A DNA stretch of 32,000 bases. Origin: Zestosphaera tikiterensis (GTDB lineage Archaea > Thermoproteota > Thermoprotei_A > Sulfolobales > NBVN01). The translations under genes and the position numbers were made by a program. The DNA is taken from the NCBI GenBank assembly GCA_003056265.1, contig NBVN01000001.1, forward strand, positions 60,001 to 92,000, read 5' to 3'. Below the pieces are notes generated by a model, which did no database searches, had not been told where the DNA came from, and was given only the letters and a program-made list of their open reading frames with translations. This document shows positions 1 to 7,677 of this stretch, in pieces; within the stretch, counting starts at the first letter, position 1; the number at the start of each line of letters is the position of its first letter.

Positions 1-103
1 CCTTAACGTTTAAAACAAGCAATCTATCTCCATCCTTTAAATTAAGCTTTTTCCTCACACGACTAGGAATAACGATCCTACCTTTCCTATCAATAACCAC
101 CAT
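1..103 (-). CDS. AbrB/SpoVT-type antitoxin, N-terminal part (C-terminus lies beyond the window edge)
   Basis: Reverse-strand translation from ATG at 103 (alternative GTG at 109) gives MVVIDRKGRIVIPSRVRKKLNLKDGDRLLVLNVK. This is the looped-hinge swapped-hairpin signature (GRIVIP..VRK.L.L..GD.L) of AbrB/MazE/SpoVT antitoxins. Confidence 0.6.
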   Translation of the reverse strand, partial: MVVIDRKGRIVIPSRVRKKLNLKDGDRLLVLNVK

Positions 104-274
104 TTCCACAAATCCCACCTCTCCCACTATACTATAATGAAATATTGGCTATAAAACTTTACATATCTTGTTTTATTGCTTGTAGAATAAGTTTTACCGT
201 CGCAGAGTTACTAATCATTTCTCCGATCGTGCGGCAGACTCTACTTGACTTTATGTGACAGAGCGATATTAGTT

Positions 275-324
275 CTAGCCTCCGAAGCTAGTGGTCTGGG
301 GTTCAAATCCTGGCGGGCCCGCCA
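275..324 (+). tRNA. tRNA-Arg(CCG)-like 3' segment: anticodon arm, variable loop, T arm, 3' acceptor strand and encoded CCA, with no contiguous 5' half
   Basis: The anticodon stem CTAGC/GCTAG is perfect, with loop CTCCGAA (anticodon CCG). T loop is TTCAAAT, acceptor 3' strand CGGGCCC, discriminator G, then CCA. The T stem TGGGG/CCTGG has a G-G mismatch. The required 5' strand GGGCCCG and a D arm are absent upstream. Confidence 0.5.
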
Positions 325-690
325 CTCATATATCGCCTATATAGGGTTTTCTAGGGATCTAGGCTAGCTCAATGGCGCTATAGGGCTCAAGTCAAGTTAT
401 GCATCGGTAGACCGGACTCACTTTACTTTAAGACGGGCTTAAGCTCATACTAGTCCCACTTCCTATCTTAAAGTAAGGCTTTTTGCGATGTTTAGTGTCA
501 AGCTAGTGCTGATGAGTATTGTGATGGCTTCTGCCATGAATTATTGGAGAGTATTTATTTTGGCTGTAATTCCCGTATAAATTTAGAGAGGGCTGCGACA
601 TATTTGATGTTTGTGAGAAAGGTTTATAAACGTTGGTGTTTAAATATGTTAGGAATCCGCTTAGGCGATGGGAGCAATGCTCCAAGCCTA

Positions 691-849
691 GGTGGGGGTG
701 ATCAAAACATAGATGGGAGGGTCGTGCCGTTGCCCTCGACAGCCGCCCATGAACCTACGGGATGAGGTAAGCGAGCCCTCTAGGTGGAGGCGGAACTCCC
801 TAGATAAGACCATGAAAACACATAAAATGATTGAAATGAACATCTAGGG
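691..849 (+). repeat. GC-rich structured element, copy A of a dispersed five-member family
   Basis: Hand alignment to the reverse complement of 3102-3215 (gatgggag..tc.tg.cgtt...ctcgacag...catg). Colinear motifs shared with 23001-23118: cctacggga, gaactccc.agataa, catctag. The 5-bp hairpin GAGGG-11nt-CCCTC lies at 717-737. Confidence 0.5.
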
Positions 850-920
850 AGAAACGGCACTAATTAATTCAGGAGGGTATTTTAAGCGATTAGGTCTGTA
901 TTACTATCGGGGGTTAGCGT

Positions 921-1157
921 ATGAATGAGAGAGTACGTGAGTTCAGTGTTGTTATACTGGAAGATGAGAGCGGTGGCTATATCGCGGTTGTACCGGAGCT
1001 TCCGGGGTGTCATACACAGGGAGACAGCTTGGATGAAGTGATTAAAAATGTTAGGGAAGCTATAGAGCTTTATCTTGAGAGTCTCTCTGAGGAGGAGAAG
1101 AAGGAGTTATTGAGCCGTAGAGTTGTCGGTCTTCAGAGAGTGAAGGCGGTTGCCTAG
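921..1157 (+). CDS. hicB: HicB-family antitoxin (UPF0150)
   Basis: 78 aa. The run FSVVILEDESGGYIAVVPELPGCHTQGDSLDEVIKNVREAIELYLE is the canonical HicB N-terminal fold signature. It overlaps the downstream hicA by 8 nt. Confidence 0.85.
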   Translation: MNERVREFSVVILEDESGGYIAVVPELPGCHTQGDSLDEVIKNVREAIELYLESLSEEEKKELLSRRVVGLQRVKAVA

Positions 1158-1386
1158 AATAACACCCATAGATCCCTACGAATTCATTAAGTTGCTTAGT
1201 AAGCTAGGATTCAAGCCCATACGGCAACGAGGCTCACACGTGATACTGCTGAACGAACAAGGTGTTAGAATAGTAGTACCTGTACATCCAGGGAAGAAGA
1301 TTAAACCTGGACTCATAAGAATCATATTAACTGAAGCCGGGCTTACTAGGGAAAAATACTTCAAGCTCCTAGAAGAGGACTGCTAA
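1150..1386 (+). CDS. hicA: HicA-family mRNA interferase toxin
   Basis: 78 aa with a TTG start. Shows the YcfA/HicA hallmarks EFIKLLSKLGFKPIRQRGSHVIL...VVPVHPGKKIKPGL. Confidence 0.85.
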   Translation: MPRITPIDPYEFIKLLSKLGFKPIRQRGSHVILLNEQGVRIVVPVHPGKKIKPGLIRIILTEAGLTREKYFKLLEEDC

Positions 1387-1429
1387 ACTTCCTGTCTTCG
1401 TATTTAAAGTTCTTCATGTCTAAATGGTA

Positions 1430-1744
1430 TTATATTATTATTGTAAAACGCAAATAAGGCTTCCCAAAACAGGTAGGCCCTAGACGGTATTCCTTGCCTA
1501 TTATCACGCGTATGAGGATATTAGCGTCGACGAAGACCCTCCTCAAGATATAACTCCTCCGCCGAATCGAGCAACCCCACTCTGCCCTGGGGAGACCCTC
1601 TATGAACTTCCTTACCTTGCGATAATCATCCTCGCCGAATACTCTGCACTTGATAACAATATCTACTTCCTCACCCTCCCCAGCTCCAAAGGCTCTAATG
1701 GCTTGAGAACTCCTTTCGTATCTTACCCTTATGACCCTAGACAA
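1430..1744 (-). pseudogene. Decayed vapBC remnant: DUF104-type antitoxin with two compensating frameshifts, fused to a truncated PIN N-terminus
   Basis: Starts MSRVIRVRYE like the paralogs at 3678 and 8468. The conserved GVLKPLEPLEL block is readable only in a shifted frame, and the frame returns at EGEEVDIVI. The C-terminal part RRVFVDANILIRVIIGKE is a PIN N-terminus that then stops. Confidence 0.6.
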
Positions 1745-2028
1745 TTCTTACCCTCATCCATACACTATATGCATTGAGGACAATTAGTCTTTTTCAGTTT
1801 CCAGATTATCTTGATTGATGTTCTTGACGATAATCACCCATGCAGAGTGTTTCCATTTGATGGTTTCCTCTGGAGACATTGTTTATAAGTCCCGAGTCTT
1901 CGGAGCTGGTGATCCCGGATCCCGAATCTCGGCAGGCTCGCCATATCTCCACAATCCCCAAGTGATAGTATTTACTCATTTAGATTATATGGTATAAAAT
2001 AATGGATATACGTATTAGAGATAATATG

Positions 2029-2748
2029 TTACGTTTTATAAAACGTGTTCCTATCGATATGGAATCCGCATCTAGTTTTAATGTTATGGAAGCCCCTATA
2101 TAGGTAATAAGACCCATATAATTCCCCCAGATTAAATCCTACGTGAGTAATTATGGCTAGCAGAAGAGATCCTGTTTGCTTGCGTAAGTATCCAGCTATT
2201 ATGCTCATAAGGAACGCTATAGCCAAGATGAAGGCTTGTTGGGTTATTGGTGCATTATGGAAAGGCAGCATATGCATAAATGAGAAGAGTGTAGCCGATA
2301 CAATTATTGTGAGCCATGGATTCACATCATGTCTAAGCATATATCCAAGGAAAAGCCCTCTAAATAATGTTTCCTCACCTGTAGGGGCTAGAGCTAGAGC
2401 GATGAGGAAGTACTGGATAGGGTTCTGCTCTATTCCTGGTATAGGGGACTTAAATTGCTCCGAATTAGTTATGTGGAGCTCTGCGTATGCTAGCAAGGAT
2501 GCTATGCAGGTAGCCACCGTGAATACTGCAATCATTCTAGTGAGCCTGACTGCACGTAAACCCAGGATACTATAATCTTCTCGCAAAGGTAGCAAAATAA
2601 AGAGCGTCTGCATAACTGTAGTACCTACTAAAGGCACACCAATAATGGGCACGAGCACTACACAAGTTAGCACACTCAAAGCAAAAACAGCAAATAACAC
2701 CAGGGCACCTTTAATAATGTAGAGGGCTCCATGACATTTCATTCCCAT
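2029..2748 (-). CDS. CPBP-family intramembrane glutamic protease (CAAX protease/Abi family)
   Basis: Multi-TM protein with motifs EETLFRG, FSFMH and HVGFN. The ATG at 2748 (or 2742) lies 30 nt after the upstream PIN stop, whereas the longer ORF start at 2868 would overlap that gene. Confidence 0.8.
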   Translation of the reverse strand: MGMKCHGALYIIKGALVLFAVFALSVLTCVVLVPIIGVPLVGTTVMQTLFILLPLREDYSILGLRAVRLTRMIAVFTVATCIASLLAYAELHITNSEQFKSPIPGIEQNPIQYFLIALALAPTGEETLFRGLFLGYMLRHDVNPWLTIIVSATLFSFMHMLPFHNAPITQQAFILAIAFLMSIIAGYLRKQTGSLLLAIITHVGFNLGELYGSYYLYRGFHNIKTRCGFHIDRNTFYKT

Positions 2749-2777
2749 CTCCCTTACACTAAGCGTGATGATCGGGT

Positions 2778-3479
2778 CTATTCCTTTTGTGAAATAACTT
2801 TGAGCCATGGTACTCGCTTGAAGTCCTCGTCTAGTGTTGCTATAGCGTTTATCCCATGTTGCCTGCATGTTAATGCTATTATTGCGTCTGTAGGCATTAG
2901 ACCGTATCCCTCCATGTACTGGATTATCTCTCCTGGCTCTGCCGTTAGTGGTAATGTCGTAAAGAGCCTCAGTACAGGCCAGACATCGTTTTTGACTAAG
3001 CCTACGAGCCTCTCATCCCTCCCCGCTAGTAACTCCCTTATCCTCCTAGAGCTAAGTCTTGTTGTAAGCGTTTCCCAGACCACGGTATTCCGTGGTTTGG
3101 GTTAGCCCTTGGTGTGGATTCATTAGCTTCGCCCGCACCGCATGGGGCTCTGTCGAGCCTAACGCCATGAGGCTCCCATCTGATGGTGTTACATCGAACA
3201 TCATCCCCCAAACCCTCACATCATAACTGATCATAGGGTAGGAGATCAAAATTTCACACTATATCATCACTCAAGAAATTAAGAGTTATTCAGAATATTT
3301 AAGCCTTACGACATCCCAGAAACAGCCTTAGATAGCCGTATATGACCTCATCAACTACTAGTGGGGTTGATGTATCCAATAATTTCACGATTTTCAACTT
3401 CCTTTAGGAGCTTCTAGGCCCTATCATCTTGGCCGGCGAGGAACGCTAGTATGACGCTAGTGCCCACGAAAACCTTCAT
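2778..3479 (-). pseudogene. vapC: vapC (PIN-domain toxin) pseudogene, hit by several independent lesions
   Basis: The N-terminal fragment 3303-3479 reads MKVFVGTSVILAFLAGQDDRA*. The first catalytic Asp is replaced by Gly, an in-frame TAG sits at 3414-3416, and there is a frameshift near 3355-3362. The C-terminal fragment 2778-3101 (..LMPTDAIIALTCRQHGINAIATLDEDFKRVPWLKV) aligns with the intact paralog 7822-8274. About 210 nt of foreign sequence separates the two fragments. Confidence 0.65.
3092..3302 (-). mobile_element. MITE-like insertion (GC-rich element copy E plus an A/T-rich flank) splitting the vapC gene
   Basis: The two vapC fragments together account for nearly the whole length of the intact paralog. 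The intervening segment is non-coding and homologous to copy A. A 12-bp hairpin, CCCAGACCACGG-TATT-CCGTGGTTTGGG with one G-T pair, lies at 3074-3101 on the junction. Confidence 0.5.
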
Positions 3480-3678
3480 CCTCTATCTCCTCAAGAACCT
3501 CAAGAAGCTCTTCTCTCCTAATGTCGGGCCTGTGCTTTCTTACAATACCATAGAATTTGTCGTCAATTAACTCACTTGACCTTATAATTATCTGAACTTC
3601 CTCGCCCTCCTCAAGGTCAACAGGCTCAAGTGGCTTGAAAACACCTTTCTCATACCTAACCCTGATAACCCTAGACAT
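3457..3678 (-). CDS. vapB: DUF104-type VapB-like antitoxin (apparently intact, partner toxin decayed)
   Basis: MSRVIRVRYEKGVFKPLEPVDLEEGEEVQIIIR. The same N-terminus as the gene at 8271-8468 favours the ATG at 3678 over the upstream TTG at 3693. Its 3' end overlaps the vapC pseudogene start by 23 nt. Confidence 0.8.
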   Translation of the reverse strand: MSRVIRVRYEKGVFKPLEPVDLEEGEEVQIIIRSSELIDDKFYGIVRKHRPDIRREELLEVLEEIEDEGFRGH

Positions 3679-3900
3679 ATGGTTGCCACCCAACTATAAT
3701 GTATGGCTTTAAAAAGATTAAAGCATGTTACAGTAGAATAAACCTACCGATGAGGAACAACTAATCATTTTACTGACCATGTAGCATGGTTTAAGTGGTT
3801 TATAAGCAACTTAGCGATGAAGTTCTCCAGCCTGGAGAGCCGGTGTAGGTATTCACGTGCGGGTTCAACTTCCAACGGGTCCGCTATTATTTGTTAAGTC

Positions 3901-4410
3901 CTACTTTAGCTTTCTTAGGGCCTCGTTTATTATCTTATCAGACACTCTGAATCCGTATTCTTTTAACCCTCTTAGCGCTTGGACTGGTTTGCCTTTATCT
4001 ATGAGGCCTTTATCATAAGCCAGTCGTAGAAGACCTACTGTCCCTTTGTTTTTAACTCCATGGATTTTGCTTTAAGTCTTGCAATTCTATCGTCTAGGAT
4101 AACTGTACACTTATACTCAACAGCTAATGTTATTGCCTCCGACTCGCCCATGCCTAAAGGGTCGTGAAGGGCCTCTACTAGTGCCCTATCCCGTGGCGTC
4201 AAAACTTTTACCTTGCCTTGGCGTACAAGGTCTCCCAGCTCCTTTGAGCCAGGCTTGTTATGACCCTCTGCGACAACTTCCTCGTAAACTGCGTGAGGTA
4301 TAATTATCTCCCATACCAAGCGCTTCTATAATGTCTGTCATATTTACCTGTGCAAGTGCTATTATGGCGCTGGAATCTAATACTAGGCAGTGGTTCACCT
4401 TATTACTCAA
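3901..4410 (-). pseudogene. DUF3368/COG2405-type PIN toxin pseudogene (two frameshifts)
   Basis: Three consecutive frames together encode one PIN protein. They read LVLDSSAIIALAQVNMTDIIEALG (about 4322-4410), VWEIIIPHAVYEEV...ESEAITLAVEYKCTVILDD (4035-4319) and GTVGLLRLAYDKGLIDKGKPVQALRGLKEYGFRVSDKIINEALRKLK (3901-4040). The second shift falls in an A-rich run near 4046-4056. Confidence 0.65.
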
Positions 4411-4417
4411 TCCCTAG

Positions 4418-4660
4418 CTACTCTCGGAGCTCTTTAGCACTATAAGGATAGGCTGGTATCCCTCTCCTATGAAGCTCTACTAGGAAGTCATATAGGCTCA
4501 TCCCAGCCAGCTCAGCTGCACGCTCAACACTAACAACGCCCCTAAGGAATAAGTCAATCGCATAAGCTAGTCTAACATCCTTCTCGACATCCCCAACATA
4601 ATGAGAAGGTACCTTAACCTTAACCACCACTTCACGAGGCAACCTATCCCTCACTACCAT
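4418..4660 (-). CDS. UPF0175 (COG2886)-type antitoxin, cognate of DUF3368 PIN toxins
   Basis: 80 aa. The segment AIDLFLRGVVSVERAAELAGMSLYDFLVELHRRGIP is the typical UPF0175 HTH region. It lies immediately upstream of the PIN pseudogene. Confidence 0.7.
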   Translation of the reverse strand: MVVRDRLPREVVVKVKVPSHYVGDVEKDVRLAYAIDLFLRGVVSVERAAELAGMSLYDFLVELHRRGIPAYPYSAKELRE

Positions 4661-4765
4661 TAATATATGGTAACTCTTAAGTCCTTATAACCTCGTAGCC
4701 GGAGATAGCATATCCCATACATTACCCCTTAAGATATGAATAGATTAGAAATTGCCGTTCGTCGG

Positions 4766-5548
4766 TTATGGCTTGCATATCTGCCTGGCTAGCTCTATTT
4801 CTCGCAGCCTCTCCTCCGTTATCGGTTGTTGCGCCTTCTCGATGCACTCTCCTGTAGCTAGTAGCTGTGGTGAGATGCAATATCCTTTTTCTCTGTCATC
4901 CCATTCTACCAGTATCATGTAGCACGGAGTTTCAATTTCAACCTTGTTTGGAGGCTCTGAGTTGACGATCAAGTAGTGATGCTCACCTATGTAGAGAAGT
5001 GCGGCTTCGACCACTTTCTCTAAGCTAGCGGTACAGCATAATAGACGCCGAACCCGGATAGGTGAGAAAGGAGGCCTTAGATAGTTAGTATAGAATTCCC
5101 TAGGGTCTAACACCCTTACCCAGCGCTCCATCAGCTGCCAGATATCGAAGTCCCGCTTGTTCCAGGTAACTAGTATAGCTTGCTTAAACCCCTCCTCGTA
5201 ACGCAGGTGAAGCGCGCTCGCAACATACACAGCGTCGTCGGGATCTTTAACAAACCCCTGTGCCTCTGAGAGATATCTTGCAACCTTCTCGTTGGGAAGG
5301 GGTTTCACACGCTTTAATATAGCTTTAAGAGCTAGGCGTATCTCATACTCGCTTCTACCAGCCTTCCGCGCTATTTCCTCTGTGTGCTTTAGGATCTCAC
5401 TACTTAGGGCTACAGGGTAGAAGAAGGAGTAGATGATCGGAGCTAGGGAGACTATGTAGCGGTTGAGTCCCTGCTCCCGGATGAGTGCCGCTATAACCAC
5501 GTTGGCGTCAAGGACTACTGCTGCATAGCGCCTTTCAGCCTTGCCCAT
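4766..5548 (-). CDS. PIN-domain protein with an extra C-terminal extension of about 95 aa
   Basis: PIN acidic residues lie in VVLDANVVIAAL, DPDDAVYVASAL and VTWNKRDFD. Residues from about 165 to 260 (four Cys, EHHYLIVNSEPP..) match nothing I recognise. Confidence 0.75.
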   Translation of the reverse strand: MGKAERRYAAVVLDANVVIAALIREQGLNRYIVSLAPIIYSFFYPVALSSEILKHTEEIARKAGRSEYEIRLALKAILKRVKPLPNEKVARYLSEAQGFVKDPDDAVYVASALHLRYEEGFKQAILVTWNKRDFDIWQLMERWVRVLDPREFYTNYLRPPFSPIRVRRLLCCTASLEKVVEAALLYIGEHHYLIVNSEPPNKVEIETPCYMILVEWDDREKGYCISPQLLATGECIEKAQQPITEERLREIELARQICKP

Positions 5549-5751
5549 GCCTTCCTTGTCGCCTCATCGGCTATTTTGAGGGCGTCTTCCATTTCCAGCT
5601 TTGACTCCATAGACACGGCTTCTAACAGTAGTAGCGTCTCAGCAGCCTTTGCCAGCTCCTCAGCACTCACGCCCCGGGCCCTAGCGAGTTCTACAACCTC
5701 TCTAGGAAGAGGCACTTTGACAAACATTATCTTCTCACTCTCTTCACTCAT
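5515..5751 (-). CDS. Putative cognate antitoxin of the long PIN protein
   Basis: Small acidic helical protein MSEESEKIMFVKVPLPREVVELARARGVSAEELAKAAE. Its 3' end overlaps the PIN gene start. The ATG at 5751 is preferred over the GTG at 5763. Confidence 0.55.
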   Translation of the reverse strand: MSEESEKIMFVKVPLPREVVELARARGVSAEELAKAAETLLLLEAVSMESKLEMEDALKIADEATRKAWARLKGAMQQ

Positions 5752-5864
5752 CCCATACCCCACTATAACCTATAGTCCCAACACAATTAAAAACCTATCA
5801 AAGAAGACCATAGGTAGTTTCTCAATCAACTCTTCCCATAAGGTAAGGGCTACTCCCAGAGAAG

Positions 5865-6017
5865 TTGGGCCCACCGATCCGTGTTTCAAGGGAGATTGCT
5901 CGGTAGCTCGGGGTATCCCACACCACGGTACACAGGAGGCTCAAGCACATCAAGCAAGCACTTGAGGAAATAAACCCTGGCATCCCAGAAACACTAGTCA
6001 AGGAAGAAGAGGTGTAG
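5865..6017 (+). pseudogene. Fragment of a helix-turn-helix protein with an in-frame TAG
   Basis: The frame reads ..REIAR*LGVSHTTVHRRLKHIKQALEEINPGIPETLVKEEEV, an HTH recognition-helix pattern. The stop is at 5904-5906 and there is no convincing start. Confidence 0.3.
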
Positions 6018-6082
6018 CTAGAAGTGTAGAGCATCTTAGGGATATTAACCGGGGCACAGTAGAAGTATTATAGGGATGCTCT

Positions 6083-7423
6083 ATGTGTAGCTCACTACTG
6101 TCAATACCAGCACTAATACTGATATCTCTGCAACTACTAGTGCTACTCGCAACAATAGTAAATGCGGGGTCTATTGGGGTATCCGTGAAGTGGGTTAAAT
6201 ATATAAACCCAACAGACGGGGACGGCCAAGCTTTTGGGACATGCGTATTCGGTGACTACGTAGCTGCCTTAGGATCGACTGGGGGTAAACCATATGTAGC
6301 CCTGCTAAGTAAAAGCGATGGCAGCGTAGTGAGGGAATGGAAGTCGACCGATAGCTGGGCGGGATGGTTTATTAACTGTGTTTCGATCAATGGGAAGCTC
6401 TACGTTATTGGCAACCCAGGTATCTACGTATTCGATGCTGACCTCAATATTCTAGCAAATATTAAAGTCGTGGATTTATCAGACTATTTCTCGCTGGCAC
6501 ATGATGGGAAGGCACTATATGTAGGTGGTTGGGTTGGTGAAGACGTGAACGGAGACGGTGAAAAAGAGGCAGTTTGGCTTGTTGAGAAGAGGGATCCACG
6601 TGACCTCAGCCTCATATCCTCGAAGAAGATATACGTTGGCTCATGGAAGGGGGGGACGATATATGACATAGATGTGGAGCCCTTTACCGGCAGAATATGG
6701 ACTGTAGGGGGTTACGCAGATTCCAAGGATACGGAGCACTCGTTGATAGCGGTTCTCGACAGCGATCTTGAAGTCCTCAAAGTGATTGACTACCCTGATG
6801 GCAGTGAGGGATATGTGGGTGGGTTTAATGGCGTAGCTTTTGACGGTAAAGGATACGTCTACGCCTCAGGCATCCTTGGTATCGCTAAATTTAGCTTGGA
6901 TGGAGAGCTGGTAGCCGTAAATAGGGACGTTGAGAGAGCACCTAAGATTGTGTATGGCTACGACCACCTACATGCCTTCAGAGTTGAATATATTAAAGCC
7001 TGCTTGAGGCACGTACTATACATCTATGATACCAATTTAAGCCTAGTTAAGAAATACGTGTTAAGTGAGAGCATAGACGCGGACTCATACTTCAATGTTC
7101 ATGGTAGGCCAACGCTAGAGGAGAGCAACATATATGTAGTAAGCTTCGACAAAGCCCTAGGTGAAGGTAACCTGAGGTTTGTTGTGTACTTTCTACAAAT
7201 AGAGAGTACTCCAGCATCGGAGACTATGTCTACGGTAGCTACTACGTCGCCGACTGTAACGACTGCTGCAACCACGGGATTAATGCCTCAAGAAACATCT
7301 ACAGTAGCGACTACATCGGCTACTCAGGTATTGCCGGGTATACAACTAGGTGTGGCCCTAGCAGTAATAGGAGTCATAGCTGCAATAGCAACTGTTGCAG
7401 TATTCGTGCCCAGGAAGCGGTAG
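6083..7423 (+). CDS. Secreted, C-terminally anchored surface protein (beta-propeller-like repeats, Thr-rich stalk)
   Basis: N-terminal signal-like hydrophobic segment and repeated G..Y..G beta-strand motifs. A T/S-rich stalk (STVATTSPTVTTAATT..STVATTSAT) is followed by a terminal TM helix and PRKR. Confidence 0.75.
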   Translation: MCSSLLSIPALILISLQLLVLLATIVNAGSIGVSVKWVKYINPTDGDGQAFGTCVFGDYVAALGSTGGKPYVALLSKSDGSVVREWKSTDSWAGWFINCVSINGKLYVIGNPGIYVFDADLNILANIKVVDLSDYFSLAHDGKALYVGGWVGEDVNGDGEKEAVWLVEKRDPRDLSLISSKKIYVGSWKGGTIYDIDVEPFTGRIWTVGGYADSKDTEHSLIAVLDSDLEVLKVIDYPDGSEGYVGGFNGVAFDGKGYVYASGILGIAKFSLDGELVAVNRDVERAPKIVYGYDHLHAFRVEYIKACLRHVLYIYDTNLSLVKKYVLSESIDADSYFNVHGRPTLEESNIYVVSFDKALGEGNLRFVVYFLQIESTPASETMSTVATTSPTVTTAATTGLMPQETSTVATTSATQVLPGIQLGVALAVIGVIAAIATVAVFVPRKR

Positions 7424-7677
7424 GCATCTTTGCATCCCTAAAACCAATATTTTTATAGTGCTGAATCCCTCCCTGTGAAACCATGGTAACTCCTGACTCC
7501 TCATGCCCCCTACCCTAAAATCCCTCTGATTCGCTGTCTAAGCTAAGGGTTAGAACAGGGCTCTCGAGACAAATGACACTATAGTATTAATGCTATCAGC
7601 GGAACCTCTATACGAACTCTTAACTTTACTCGGATTAAGTATCTCTTTGAATGATTAACCTTAACACCACTATACGA

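Noticed and set aside
243-397. 9-nt complementarity between the leader of the first tRNA-like locus (acttgactt, 243-251) and aagtcaagt at 389-397, next to a D-arm-like TAGC-TCAATGGC-GCTA, hinting at a permuted tRNA
   Set aside because: No acceptor 5' strand (GGGCCCG) is present downstream and the pairing does not extend beyond 9 nt. By rough estimate, a chance match of that length in such short windows is not negligible.
500-560. Possible C/D-box sRNA (ctgatga at about 509-516, gtgatgg nearby)
   Set aside because: No D or D' box (CTGA) lies at the appropriate spacing and there is no terminal stem.
503-765. ORFs 503-685 (-) and 544-765 (+)
   Set aside because: They overlap each other and the GC-rich element. 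Their composition is low-complexity, they have no recognisable motifs and no ribosome-binding or promoter context.
1815-1997. 60-aa plus-strand ORF and several short minus-strand ORFs (for example MSKYYHLGIVEIW.., MSPEETIKWKHSAWVIIVKNINQ..) between the vapBC relic and the CPBP gene
   Set aside because: No motif is recognisable in any frame. This may be another decayed small gene, but I cannot support a call.
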